Below are positions 50,512 to 61,355 of a stretch of DNA of 64,000 nucleotides, one piece after another (positions within the stretch are counted from its first letter, which is position 1; each line of letters opens with the position of its first letter). This DNA comes from Candidatus Heimdallarchaeota archaeon (lineage in GTDB: Archaea > Asgardarchaeota > Heimdallarchaeia > Hodarchaeales > Hodarchaeaceae): the NCBI GenBank assembly GCA_020353515.1, contig CP070695.1, forward strand, positions 1,999,814 to 2,063,813, in the 5' to 3' direction. The notes beneath the pieces were generated by a model. That model did not search any database, was not told the DNA's origin, and saw only the letters and a list, made by a program, of their open reading frames with translations. A program made the translations under genes and the position numbers.

Positions 50512-51804
50512 TTATACTGGTGGCTCACTTAAGGGATAGATATCTACAGCATTTGCAGTTCCTGCAATAGAATATGAACCAGTCCCATTCCAGTCCGACC
50601 AATAATTTCCCTGTGCTAAATCTGGATAATACCACAAATTGGATGTTCCGTTATCAGATGCTTGTGAGGTTCCATCGAAATTATTATTTATGAACGAGTT
50701 GAGAAAAATGGTATTGGATTGCCCCTCTATCCAACCACCAGTAATGACGACTCCATATTCTGAATTGTCCTCAAAACGATTGTAATAAATCTGACAATCG
50801 GAGGTAGAAGAAGCATAAATTCCTTGATAGGAATCTATGATTGTACAATTTTTGACAGTACAATTACTACTTACGTCTAAAGTGATACCAGAACTAAACC
50901 AAGAGGCCCATGAATACGAGGTATTAAAGCAGTAATTATTCGATATTTGTACGAAATCTGAGTGGATTATGTTAATAGCTGTATAATAATTATTTTTACA
51001 GTTATTTCCTGTTATATTTGTGAAATTCGAATCAATACATGATATTGCTTCATCACAAGCTTTCAATGTATTATTATGTATAACTATTGAATCCGAATAT
51101 TCTACAAATATACCTATGTACTGTTTCGAGATCTTGTTGTTTGCTATAAAACATTCTTCTGATCCTTCAATTAGAATCCCCTCACTCCCAGCATTAAAAA
51201 TAATATTGTTAGAGACATTAACTCCTGGAGATGAATAGATTGTGATTCCAGCATGGGGACCTGTTTCCCAAACCCAGCAATTTTGACGGAATATCGTGTT
51301 ACCCCAAATATTTGCAGTTCCAGGCGCAACATTTTCAAGATGAATTCCCTCATAACACATATCTATTGTACAATCAGTAATTATAAAGTGTTTAGTCGTG
51401 TTTTGAATAGTAAAACCAATGAATTCGTCAATGAGATAGTAATTAGAAAGGATGTAGGGATCTTCTAAAGTTCCCTTTCCAGATGAACTATATTCAAGAA
51501 AATCAGTATCAGAATAAATCTCAATACCTGACCCAAGCGGTGGTCCGAAGAGAGAACTTAAAAAGTATGAACCTACAAATATGATAGATATAAAAACTAC
51601 TCCAATTATTACAATACTCCCTACAATGATCAACCAAGGACGATAAGAAGGTGAAAGTCTTGCTACGCCCCTTTTTTGCGTTATTGGTTGAGTTACTGGT
51701 GTCTGTATATGAACCGACTTTGTTAGATTAACTCCACAATTAGTACAGAATTTTGCTGTTTCAACTTCTAATTCATTACCGCAATGAGGACATTGAATCA
51801 TCAA
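50512..51804 (-). CDS. Zinc-ribbon + TM + NosD/CASH beta-helix protein (paralog 2)
   Basis: CPHCG..FCTNCG, TM helix, GTLEDPYI, near-identical C-terminus NSFINNNFDGTSQASDNGTSN...YPLSEPPV. Confidence 0.85.
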   Translation of the reverse strand: MMIQCPHCGNELEVETAKFCTNCGVNLTKSVHIQTPVTQPITQKRGVARLSPSYRPWLIIVGSIVIIGVVFISIIFVGSYFLSSLFGPPLGSGIEIYSDTDFLEYSSSGKGTLEDPYILSNYYLIDEFIGFTIQNTTKHFIITDCTIDMCYEGIHLENVAPGTANIWGNTIFRQNCWVWETGPHAGITIYSSPGVNVSNNIIFNAGSEGILIEGSEECFIANNKISKQYIGIFVEYSDSIVIHNNTLKACDEAISCIDSNFTNITGNNCKNNYYTAINIIHSDFVQISNNYCFNTSYSWASWFSSGITLDVSSNCTVKNCTIIDSYQGIYASSTSDCQIYYNRFEDNSEYGVVITGGWIEGQSNTIFLNSFINNNFDGTSQASDNGTSNLWYYPDLAQGNYWSDWNGTGSYSIAGTANAVDIYPLSEPPV

Positions 51805-51844
51805 ACACCTCTTTCAAAGTGAGTAAATTTTGAGAGCTTACTAT

Positions 51845-52615
51845 TTAAATCCTTTTCTTATTCAAAGGACACATCTTGAGACATTCTAAGCAGTGATAAT
51901 AACTATGGTCATCAACGCCTATTGTATTCATAATAGTCTCAAAGTCGATATTTTTTCTTAATTCTGTATCTTGTAGTAAATGAGCCATAAGAGGATTAGT
52001 ATTAGCGTTTCGAATACATAAATTGTGATCGACCTTACCATTAGTATCAATAGCTTTAACATTACATGATTCGATGCATTCAACACAATCCATAGGGCAA
52101 ATTGCTGCTTGGATTCTAGGAGATGGTTCTAAATGCATTGAAGTTAGAACTCCTCCTATTAAAATTCGTGTACCATATTTAGGATGTCCTAATAGTCCAC
52201 TTTTAGTTAGTCTACCTATACCAGCCTTTTCAGCCCAATAAACAAGTGGTATTAATCCCCAAAAATCCCGTTTTACGATTTTCCATGGATAACAAGAGTA
52301 AATTGGGGTCGAAACATATCCTTTATTCTCTAAAAATAGGCAAAGAGAGTTTTCAGTAGCATCGATTGAACGATACATCATATTACAATAACGCCAATAG
52401 AGTAAATTGTCATTAGACTCAGAATAAATGACTCCCATTGGTATTGGAACTCCAAAACAAATGACTGTTTTTACATTGTTTAAAAGTGCTTGAGGGGAGA
52501 ATTCCTCCGGTATACGCTGTCCATTTTCCTCTATCGAAGCAAATCCAACTATTTGGATCTCTTTTTCTTTAAGGAATTCTATAACCTCATTGTTCTTTTT
52601 TCTCACAAGAATCAT
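51845..52615 (-). CDS. QueG-like (epoxyqueuosine reductase-like) Fe-S protein
   Basis: VGFA, AEKAGIG, P.YG.R, CPMDCVECIESC and CLECLKMCP. Confidence 0.75.
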   Translation of the reverse strand: MILVRKKNNEVIEFLKEKEIQIVGFASIEENGQRIPEEFSPQALLNNVKTVICFGVPIPMGVIYSESNDNLLYWRYCNMMYRSIDATENSLCLFLENKGYVSTPIYSCYPWKIVKRDFWGLIPLVYWAEKAGIGRLTKSGLLGHPKYGTRILIGGVLTSMHLEPSPRIQAAICPMDCVECIESCNVKAIDTNGKVDHNLCIRNANTNPLMAHLLQDTELRKNIDFETIMNTIGVDDHSYYHCLECLKMCPLNKKRI

Positions 52616-52711
52616 CTCAATAAATAGGAATGTAACTAAGATAGCGGATGAAAACAGGTATTAAATGTTAACTCCAATTAATACTCCAGAAATTTGAGTG
52701 TTGAATCAGAT

Positions 52712-53695
52712 TTATCCAAATTTTAAACCTTTTGTTCTATCTTCTATTGGAATGCCTAAAAGAAGTAGCCAATGCCAATAGACATCTTCCATGCTTAAAC
52801 CAGAAACACTAAACTCTAGAACTTCTGTTTCCTGTCTATCGAGTAGTTCATCCGTTATTTCGTCTACTTCTTTCTTAGTTTCTGCATAAAATTGGCACAT
52901 TTGTCCCATTATTCGATGAGAGAATCCTAGTTCTTTGACAAATTCGTTTATGTTAACAGAAGGGTGTGGGACAACTTTGACATCATAAGCATATGGAATC
53001 TGCTTAATAATGTCCGCAGTGTTTCCATATTTCATAACTTTGCCATCAGTAGTAAGCAATAATAGCTTTTCACAAAGACGGTCCACAACACTGGGATCAT
53101 GGTCAATGAGAAGAATCGTTAGTCCTCGTTGCTTATCTAATTCATATATGTACTGTATTACTGACTCTTTTTTCTTGATATCTAATGTTGCAGTAATTTC
53201 ATCAAGTACCAAGATTTTTGGATTTTTCATGAGAGCGATAAGGAAACGTGTCATAGCTTTTTGACCTTCAGAGAATCCTTCGATAGGAGAGTCAAGCATT
53301 TTTGTAAGATCGACATCATCCATCAAGGCTTGTTGATTCTTCCATGAAACGCCTTGTAAATCAGAGAAAAAATCTAGAGTCTCTCGAAGGGTTAATTTCT
53401 TATGAAATGATAAATTGGGAGATACATAGGACAATAATCTTCTTGCATCAGCTGTTTGAGTTACAAGATCATATGGACCAATTCGTATAGAACCTTTATC
53501 AGGTAAATAGATTGATGCTAGAGTCCTGAGAAGAGTCGTTTTCCCACTCCCATTCGGACCAATAATTGCTAAGTTCTCTCCATCGGGTAAATGAAAGTCA
53601 ATCCCTTTTAAAACATGTTTTTTATTTCCAAAAAATTTGTGCACGTCTTCTACAACAATCTCTCGGTCACTTGTTTGCGTCATATTTCGTCTCAC
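52712..53695 (-). CDS. ABC-2 type ATP-binding protein
   Basis: GPNGSGKT, FSEGQK, LVLDE, DHD. Confidence 0.9.
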   Translation of the reverse strand: MRRNMTQTSDREIVVEDVHKFFGNKKHVLKGIDFHLPDGENLAIIGPNGSGKTTLLRTLASIYLPDKGSIRIGPYDLVTQTADARRLLSYVSPNLSFHKKLTLRETLDFFSDLQGVSWKNQQALMDDVDLTKMLDSPIEGFSEGQKAMTRFLIALMKNPKILVLDEITATLDIKKKESVIQYIYELDKQRGLTILLIDHDPSVVDRLCEKLLLLTTDGKVMKYGNTADIIKQIPYAYDVKVVPHPSVNINEFVKELGFSHRIMGQMCQFYAETKKEVDEITDELLDRQETEVLEFSVSGLSMEDVYWHWLLLLGIPIEDRTKGLKFG

Positions 53696-53696
53696 C

Positions 53697-54560
53697 TCAA
53701 TAAAACTCTAACGTTCCACTATAAGCTGCTTTACGAGTGACTTTTTGCATTATGAAAATGGCAAAAAATAGGAGAATGACTGAAATGAAACCATTTATTA
53801 CAATTATAAGAAGAATACTTGAGGGAACTTGACCGATAATCAACATGGAGCGAAGACTATAAAGCATTCCTGTCGTAGGAATGAAGTATAATATTTCTTC
53901 AAGTGTGCCTAATCCAAATGTCCGAAGTACTTCTAAAGGGAAAAAATACCCGCTCAACATTGTTAATAAATACGATAGAAGGAAAGTTAATGGCCCACTT
54001 TTTTTAAAGATTACATTTAAGGTTGAAGCGAGAATTGTAATTCCCAACATGAAAATCCAACTTATTACAATCAGTAAAAGTGTAAATAGGAGTATTTCAG
54101 GAGAAAAAATTAATGGATGGAGTATTGTTGTTTCCCCAAGTGGGACAAATGATAGCACAAATACTATTGGTAGAACGAAGACAATTAAAGTCACTGAAGT
54201 CTTGATTGTACTTGAGGAAAACTGTCCCGCTATTAAATCGCTTAAAGTGATGTCATTTGTTATGATAAAGCCCAAAGCACCTAGGGCTGCTTCATTAGGG
54301 ATGACTGAGACGCCATCTTTGTAAGCTCTGTTGAATATCACCCAATAAATTACTCCCACCACCAAAAACTCTTTTAGAAATCCTTCGTATAGAAAATTGT
54401 CAATGTCACTTGAAGCCACGACCTGTCCTAAAAACAGGAATGTTATTACGTCTACAGCAAGCCAAGCAAGGTCTGTTATGAAATTTAACTTATATTTCAA
54501 ATCGATACGCAAATTTCTAATCATATTGGCTTTAAGAACTGTAAATGTTCTATTTGTCAT
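53697..54560 (-). CDS. ABC-2 type permease
   Basis: Six TMs; SGYFFPLEVL; adjacent to the ATPase gene. Confidence 0.85.
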   Translation of the reverse strand: MTNRTFTVLKANMIRNLRIDLKYKLNFITDLAWLAVDVITFLFLGQVVASSDIDNFLYEGFLKEFLVVGVIYWVIFNRAYKDGVSVIPNEAALGALGFIITNDITLSDLIAGQFSSSTIKTSVTLIVFVLPIVFVLSFVPLGETTILHPLIFSPEILLFTLLLIVISWIFMLGITILASTLNVIFKKSGPLTFLLSYLLTMLSGYFFPLEVLRTFGLGTLEEILYFIPTTGMLYSLRSMLIIGQVPSSILLIIVINGFISVILLFFAIFIMQKVTRKAAYSGTLEFY

Positions 54561-54732
54561 TTTTAACGCCCTACTAAGGATTCCTATGATAACTAGAGGA
54601 TAGACTGAAAAAGCCTTTTACTTATTTATGGCAGTTTCTTAATAAAACTAACTTCAGCTCTCAGGTTTATTTTTGAGAAAAAAACCCTAAGTATTAGTAG
54701 AAATCTGACACATAAGTTAGGAATGAACTATA

Positions 54733-55959
54733 ATGGGTCGAAATAAAAATTATCATGGTTATAAAGCATTTCAGTATTTATCCCCTCGTATAGATTACAA
54801 ATCGTTCAAATTACGTAAAGCAATTAAGGAAGAATGGACTTATTTAGTCCCAGTGTCAAAATCTGAGGAAGAACGGGTTGAGGAGATTCTTGAAAAGCAT
54901 TTTGTGATTGATCTCCATGAACATCCTGTTATTATGCCTGAAGATTCGAGACAATCAATTGAAATGTGGAGAGAGGGTAGAGAATTCATGGCTTACGAAG
55001 CGCTTTCTTACTCTGGTTTAGATGCTGTTTTCGACAATTTGATGAATGGTAGCGCTCTAATTACTTCAAAACACGGTTGGAAATGGAGTGATACAATCCA
55101 TGACTTAGGACACCGTTTATGTGATATTGCTAATCAGGATTTCGTGATTCATTGCACAAATGTCGAAGATATCATCACAGCTCATAAAACAGGGAAGCTT
55201 GCATGGGTCGCAGTACTTGAGTCTTCTTCATGCATTGAGAATGAGGTGGATCGGATAGATATCCTGTACGGACTCGGGATTAGATCAATGGGTCTGAACT
55301 ACAGCGAATCTAACATGCTTGGTTCTGGTTTACAAGAATTACGAGATGGAGGACTTACAGATTTTGGGTATGATTGCATAACTCGTATGAATAAGGTTAG
55401 GATGCTCATTGATGTGAGTCATGTGAGTGATCAGACGGCATTGGATGCTATTGAGAGCAGTAAAACCCCAATTGTCGTTTCTCATGCTGGCGCCCGAGCT
55501 TTATTGCCCATTAAGCGTCTTTTCCCTGATGAGGTTCTCCAAGCTTTAGCGGAAAAGAAAGGAGTCATAGGAATTGAAGCTGCTCCAGGTTATACCGCTA
55601 CCAAAACTCAGCCTATTCCCTCTATAGAGACTTATATGGAGCACCTAGAATATTGCATGGAACTCATGGGTATTGATTACGTTGGATGCGGACCTGATAC
55701 TCTTTATGGTGATCATGTGGGATATTATCATCTTGTGGAAGAACGACATCGGACTGCAGGTTTAGGTCACTATACACGACCAGGTCAAAAGAGGGATTTG
55801 AATGTGAATTCTTTGCCTGATTATGTTAAAGGTATGGAAAATCCTACAGAATGTATGCCTAATATTACTAGATGGTTAGTTAAACATGGATACTCTGATC
55901 AGGAAATTGCTAAGATTATTGGTGGAAATGCCCTAAGAGTCCTTAAAAAAGTGTGGTAA
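54733..55959 (+). CDS. Membrane dipeptidase family (M19)
   Basis: IDLHEH, GLTDFG, IDVSH, SHAG, G.D, KIIGGN.LRV. Confidence 0.9.
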   Translation: MGRNKNYHGYKAFQYLSPRIDYKSFKLRKAIKEEWTYLVPVSKSEEERVEEILEKHFVIDLHEHPVIMPEDSRQSIEMWREGREFMAYEALSYSGLDAVFDNLMNGSALITSKHGWKWSDTIHDLGHRLCDIANQDFVIHCTNVEDIITAHKTGKLAWVAVLESSSCIENEVDRIDILYGLGIRSMGLNYSESNMLGSGLQELRDGGLTDFGYDCITRMNKVRMLIDVSHVSDQTALDAIESSKTPIVVSHAGARALLPIKRLFPDEVLQALAEKKGVIGIEAAPGYTATKTQPIPSIETYMEHLEYCMELMGIDYVGCGPDTLYGDHVGYYHLVEERHRTAGLGHYTRPGQKRDLNVNSLPDYVKGMENPTECMPNITRWLVKHGYSDQEIAKIIGGNALRVLKKVW

Positions 55960-56097
55960 AATCCGATTAGTTCTTCGATAACAAATCACTTAAAAACGAA
56001 AAAAGCGCTCTCCTACCACTCTAGAATAAGATGATAGGTTCTAAATACGCTCTGAGTGGACATCTATAGCTTTTAATGCCCTCGGAGGAACATTCCA

Positions 56098-57300
56098 GTG
56101 AGAGTAGCGAATTTACTAAACACTAACATTATCACGTTAACAGTAACACATTTTTTATGGGGATTCGTCAATTCTGTTTATCTGATTCAAATACAACCCC
56201 TTTTATTATCGATATATGGTACCACTCCTGAATCAGCTCAAATTTTAGGCGCTATATTAACAATTGGGAGTTTTTCTGCAGTAATTCCGCTATTATTAGG
56301 TTTTTTTGCAGATTTATATGGAAGGAAAAGACTGATTATTATTGGAGAGACGATTAGCCTTTTAGGATTAATCGGCCTTTCTATAGGAAATTCAGTGGTT
56401 TGGTTGTCGATTTTCAGTATTATTGTTTTTAACCTAGGAATTGGATTTTACGATTCGCCATTACAAGGACTCATTCATGAATCAGCACTTGAAAAAAGAG
56501 GTTTAGCTTACTCTATTGTCTATAATTCTTCTTCTATAGCTGGTATAATTGCCTCCTTTATGATTCAAAACGAGATGATAAATGGAGAATATTTTATCTA
56601 TTTTCAGATTAGTTGTTTACTATTCGCACTAGCCATAATGATAAATTTCATTATACTCCGTGATACCGTCCAAAATAAAGATAAAATCTCTTTTCCATTG
56701 GTTCAGATATTTAAGAAACCATTATCCCGATTAACCGCGATTGCATTCTTTCTTGATACATTCTCGTGGGGTCTTCCTCTATCTATTGCGAATGGGATCT
56801 ATATTATTCTATTTGGAGTTGATGTGGCTTTCATTGCAACATTAACATTGACGTTAAGTATAGTACTCGTCCTCTTTCAATATCCTGCCGGTTTTCTCGT
56901 TGATCGTTTTGGTAGGCTTTTTGGTCTTATAATGGGAGAAGTTACAGGAATTATATGGATAATTTTGACCCTAATTTCAATCACGCTACTTCAAGCGGAA
57001 TTGTTAATCCTTGCTTATGCGATACTAGGAGTAAGTGTTGCTTTTTGGAGACCTTCCGTTGTTTTGAGTTTCATTGAAGTTGATCCTGCTGCAGTTTCAA
57101 CTAACTTTGGTATTCTTTCATTCGTTCAGCGTTTAGGAGGAGTCCCCACAGCAGCTGTTGCGGGGACACTTTTTCCCTTAATTGGATTCTCTCCTTTACT
57201 TGCTGTGACATTTATCGGAACATTGATTGTTATAGTTATGTTTTTCAAAATTGACAGACTAGAGAAGAATCAGTTGGCAAAAACCATAGATATCCAATAA
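56098..57300 (+). CDS. MFS transporter
   Basis: GFFADLYGRK and GFLVDRFGR motif A. Confidence 0.85.
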   Translation: MRVANLLNTNIITLTVTHFLWGFVNSVYLIQIQPLLLSIYGTTPESAQILGAILTIGSFSAVIPLLLGFFADLYGRKRLIIIGETISLLGLIGLSIGNSVVWLSIFSIIVFNLGIGFYDSPLQGLIHESALEKRGLAYSIVYNSSSIAGIIASFMIQNEMINGEYFIYFQISCLLFALAIMINFIILRDTVQNKDKISFPLVQIFKKPLSRLTAIAFFLDTFSWGLPLSIANGIYIILFGVDVAFIATLTLTLSIVLVLFQYPAGFLVDRFGRLFGLIMGEVTGIIWIILTLISITLLQAELLILAYAILGVSVAFWRPSVVLSFIEVDPAAVSTNFGILSFVQRLGGVPTAAVAGTLFPLIGFSPLLAVTFIGTLIVIVMFFKIDRLEKNQLAKTIDIQ

Positions 57301-57315
57301 TTTTGATGTGATTCA

Positions 57316-58581
57316 ATGACAATACCCCAAAAAACTTCAACTCGTAATGCGTACATGCTCCTCTTGGCATCTCAGATTGTTAATATAGGATTTGGATTGC
57401 TTGCTATATTTATTACCCTTTTAGCTGATGAGATTAATTTACGCCCTCTTGAAATTGGAGTAATCATATCAATATTTATGGTTGCACGAGCAATATCAGC
57501 AGCAATAATACCAGATATTTCTGACAGGGTTGGAAGGAAAATTGTGGTGGTTATATCACTTATTTTTTATGCAGCTAGTACAGCTCTGCTAGGATTTGCT
57601 CGCTCTTTTTTTTGGTTGTTCATTCTTAGAATTGTTGAAGGAGCTTCAGCAGGAGCAGTATTTCCTACAGCTGAGGCATTACTTGTCGATTCTGTTCCGA
57701 AAAAAGATCGGGGTGCGTGGATGGGGAAATATTTCACCACATTCAATTTTGGTTTCATTATTGGCCCCGCTTTAGGAGGTGTTTTGTTTACATTCGGAGA
57801 AAGCGTCATGCAACTAGACACGTTGTCAGCTTTCTCAATCCCTTTTCTATTCACAGGCTTACTAGGTTTTCTCTCATTATTATCTGTGATGTTTTTTGTT
57901 GAGGATATTATTACAAAAGATACAGTTGATAAATTAATCACTGACGAAATTGGTGATATTCCTAGTTCAATTACCCCCCATCTTAACTCATTTTTATTTA
58001 TTGGAATATTAAGCGGATTTGCAATTGGTTTGGTCATCCCAATTTTCACTTTGCACATGACTGATGCGTTTCTTTTGAATGAAGGAACAATTGGTTTCAT
58101 TTTTACTATAAGTGGAAGTTCAGCACTTCTAGTAAATTACCCTGCTGGTAAGCTTAGTGATAAAATGGATCGAATGGTGATCGTAGTAGTAGGAATGATC
58201 CTTACAGGTCTCGCTTTCATTGGTGTTGGCCTCTCTCTCTCCATTTCTATTGCAATTATCTTTTTTATTTTCAGATCTTCAGCTTTTCAGGCTTATCTAC
58301 CCGCTTATAGAGCTTTCCAGGCTGACAAAATACCACCAATGTTGCGGGGTAAGATTATGGGTAGGATTCAATCAGCCTTCAATGTTGGTGCAGTCTTTGG
58401 GCCTTTAATTGGGGCTGCAATTTATGAATTCTATGTTTCAGACATTCTCCAGATTCTTGAATATAGTTTTTATGGTGGTGGAGTTCCTTTTCTTGTTGCA
58501 GGGATATTCGGATTGTTTCAAGCTTTCACTGCTGTGTATATCCTGCGAAATGAGAGAAAGAAGAAAGCTTCTCTTAACTGA
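57316..58581 (+). CDS. MFS transporter (TetA/DHA1-like)
   Basis: SDRVGRK, RIVEG, GPALGG, GKLSDK, RGKIMG. Confidence 0.9.
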   Translation: MTIPQKTSTRNAYMLLLASQIVNIGFGLLAIFITLLADEINLRPLEIGVIISIFMVARAISAAIIPDISDRVGRKIVVVISLIFYAASTALLGFARSFFWLFILRIVEGASAGAVFPTAEALLVDSVPKKDRGAWMGKYFTTFNFGFIIGPALGGVLFTFGESVMQLDTLSAFSIPFLFTGLLGFLSLLSVMFFVEDIITKDTVDKLITDEIGDIPSSITPHLNSFLFIGILSGFAIGLVIPIFTLHMTDAFLLNEGTIGFIFTISGSSALLVNYPAGKLSDKMDRMVIVVVGMILTGLAFIGVGLSLSISIAIIFFIFRSSAFQAYLPAYRAFQADKIPPMLRGKIMGRIQSAFNVGAVFGPLIGAAIYEFYVSDILQILEYSFYGGGVPFLVAGIFGLFQAFTAVYILRNERKKKASLN

Positions 58582-58718
58582 GTAGATCCAATTTTACTTC
58601 CTTGTACAGAAATGATTTGCATTAACCTACAGATTTATTAGGATGTCCTAAATGAAACCCAGAAACATCCAGAATTTTTAAAAATAAAACCCCTTACTTA
58701 TTAGCAACATACATCATA

Positions 58719-60308
58719 ATGGAATCTTATTTATTGAATGAGAAATTTACACCGCAGGGTATTTCAATGAAAAAAATGATTAAATACCGAAAAAGCCGAA
58801 AAGAGCGCTTTAAGGAGAAGATTTGTGCATATTCAAAGGAAAAACGTGGTATGTTTGGCTTATTTACTCTTCTTTTTTTCGCTCTTATGGGGGTATATGT
58901 TCCATTTTTAGCAGAATCAGGAGCTCTTCCCCCTCCCAATGGCTTGGAATCGTATGTTGCTTCCGATTATCTACCCCCATCGTGGATTGAATTGTTCCCA
59001 AAAAGCTTAATCCCTGGTTCAGGTAATATTGTTCCTGATACACAGTTTAAGAAAACTAATAGTTGGTTTTTCAATGTTTCAGACCCCTCAGCCATGGCAT
59101 TCGATTATGATTCAGAAGATTTCATAATTGGGACTAAATCAGTCCATTTTTCTCTTGTAGATAATCATACTGCTCTCAATTACCAAGGAAATATCAGAGG
59201 AAACTTAATTTTCCCATGGCCTTTTAGTCATCCTACCAATGCATCTCTCTATTGGTACATGAAAATTATGGTAACTGGAAACTTAAGCATGTCTTCGTTT
59301 TCCCCATATGTTAGACTTCATTTACCAGAAGATTCGGCCATACCTCAGTATTCCACTGATTTTCGTGTAACTCCTCCTCAGCATTCTGAATGGATACAAT
59401 ATACTAGGTACCTTTCTTATATACAAGTTTTTTATCTCTTCCAGCCTAATACAACTATTAATATTGAAATTGGTGTTAACTTTCGCGATACGACCCCCTC
59501 CTCGGTTGGAACAATTCAGATATGGTTTGATCAAATAGAACTTTATGTCACTCGTCCAACTCACGGATTATTGGGTTCCAATCATCAAGGACAAGATGTC
59601 TTTGTGCAGATTTGTTACAGTATTCAGGTTTCATTTTTCGTCGCTTTTGTAGCAGGAATTACCTCTCTTATCATGGGTGTCATAATTGGAGTTATTGCTG
59701 GATATCGTGCTGGAGGAGTTTTTGATACAGTTATAATGCGAATTGTTGATTTATTCCTAGTTTATCCCGCTCTACTTATCATTTTCTTATTGATGTGGCA
59801 ATATAAAGTTATACTCTCTTTTTTACCGTTCTTGATCGCATTATTTACTTGGCCTACCACTACTCGGGTCATTAGATCTAGAGTCATTGTTGAACGTGAA
59901 CAACTATATATCGAATCCGCAAAAGCAGCTGGTGCTAGCGATTGGTATATTATTTTTCAGTACATATTACCTAATATCCTCGGTTTAATCTTCATTCAGT
60001 TTACTACAAATGCCGCGAATGCTGTTAATCTCGAAGCTGCATTATCTTATCTGGATTATCCCTATAAAAGACCTGTTTTTGAAGAGGAAAGAAGAGCAAA
60101 AAAATTACCATCCTGGCTTTCTTGGGGTTTTATGCTAGCTGAAGTTCATTTTGAAGCAGGATACCACAATGGAGCATGGTGGGTTATAATACCACCTGGA
60201 ATCTGTATTTTTCTAATGACTATTTCCTTCATGTTCATTGGTAACGCTCTTGATAGAGTTTTCAATCCGTTAAAATTCCAAGATAGATCGTTTAAACATA
60301 ATTTTTAA
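58719..60308 (+). CDS. OppC/DppC-type ABC permease with large extracytoplasmic insertion
   Basis: HGLLGS..QGQD, G.IAGY..G..D...MR.VD, YIESAKAAGAS, SWG.ML, WWVIIPPG. Confidence 0.85.
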   Translation: MESYLLNEKFTPQGISMKKMIKYRKSRKERFKEKICAYSKEKRGMFGLFTLLFFALMGVYVPFLAESGALPPPNGLESYVASDYLPPSWIELFPKSLIPGSGNIVPDTQFKKTNSWFFNVSDPSAMAFDYDSEDFIIGTKSVHFSLVDNHTALNYQGNIRGNLIFPWPFSHPTNASLYWYMKIMVTGNLSMSSFSPYVRLHLPEDSAIPQYSTDFRVTPPQHSEWIQYTRYLSYIQVFYLFQPNTTINIEIGVNFRDTTPSSVGTIQIWFDQIELYVTRPTHGLLGSNHQGQDVFVQICYSIQVSFFVAFVAGITSLIMGVIIGVIAGYRAGGVFDTVIMRIVDLFLVYPALLIIFLLMWQYKVILSFLPFLIALFTWPTTTRVIRSRVIVEREQLYIESAKAAGASDWYIIFQYILPNILGLIFIQFTTNAANAVNLEAALSYLDYPYKRPVFEEERRAKKLPSWLSWGFMLAEVHFEAGYHNGAWWVIIPPGICIFLMTISFMFIGNALDRVFNPLKFQDRSFKHNF

Positions 60309-61297
60309 GAATGACCTAAAATGAAATGAGGTTTATATGGTTCTTCCAACCGTTTAATCTCATTCTCAGTTAGTTTAATGTCAAGAGCCTCAACAGCTTC
60401 TTCTACGTGTTCAATCTTTGTAGCTCCAATAATGGGGGATGTTACATAATCCTTTGAAAATAGCCAAGCAAGGGCGATCTGAGCTGGTTTCACGTCTTTC
60501 TCTTGAGCAATTTCTACCACTCGCTCAACAACATCAAAATCTTCTGGTTTAAAGAAGCGGGGCTTCATATATCGGTCTGTACGAGCCCTGATATGATCAT
60601 CCGCGTTCCCATCACGCGTATACTTCCCCGATAGAAAGCCTCGCGCAAGGGGGGACCATGGTATAACACCTAGTCCTTGGTCTTTACAGAGAGGCAACAT
60701 CTCACGTTCTTCCTCACGATAACATAGATTATAGTGATTCTGCATGGTTCTAAAAGGTTCTAATCCGTACTGTTCTGCTAACCACAAGCTTTTTGCAAAC
60801 TGCCAAGCAAACATCGAGCTAGCACCAATATGGAGAACACTACCGTTATCTATGAGAAGGTTTAATGATCGTAATATTTCTTCAATAGGAGTATGAGGAT
60901 CAAGCCGGTGTATCTGGTAGAGATCAACATAATCCATGTTTAAACGATTCAAGGAATCCTTAATTGCGCGGGTGATATGATATCGGGAAAGACCACTTTT
61001 GTTTGGTTTGGGGGTTGTGACAAAACCTTCAACGGGGAAAAAAACTTTTGTTGCTATTACCACATCATCACGGTATTCTTTAAGCAGTTCACCAGTGATT
61101 TCTTCAGAGCGTCCTCGTGAATATACATTAGCAGTATCAAAAAAGTTTATTCCTAGATCTAAGGCTTTCTCAACAATTGGCTGGGAAGCATTTATGTCCA
61201 AACACCATTTCAATATTGAAGGATCACCATAGGACATCATCCCTAAGCAGATTCTAGAAACACTTAATCCGGTCTTACCTAGTTTAACATAATCCAA
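60305..61297 (-). CDS. Aldo/keto reductase (YajO-like)
   Basis: LG.M.YG, FFDTANVYS.G.SEE, DLYQIHR, PWSPLARG, PIIGATK. Confidence 0.9.
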   Translation of the reverse strand: MDYVKLGKTGLSVSRICLGMMSYGDPSILKWCLDINASQPIVEKALDLGINFFDTANVYSRGRSEEITGELLKEYRDDVVIATKVFFPVEGFVTTPKPNKSGLSRYHITRAIKDSLNRLNMDYVDLYQIHRLDPHTPIEEILRSLNLLIDNGSVLHIGASSMFAWQFAKSLWLAEQYGLEPFRTMQNHYNLCYREEEREMLPLCKDQGLGVIPWSPLARGFLSGKYTRDGNADDHIRARTDRYMKPRFFKPEDFDVVERVVEIAQEKDVKPAQIALAWLFSKDYVTSPIIGATKIEHVEEAVEALDIKLTENEIKRLEEPYKPHFILGHS

Positions 61298-61355
61298 TCA
61301 ATTTCACCATGTTTTATCAGTAATGATTATCATACATATTATTTGTATTTAATCC

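Noticed and set aside
56016-56060. CCACTC...ATGATAG...CTGA GTGG possible C/D or K-turn RNA
   Set aside because: Non-consensus box C and no internal C'/D' boxes
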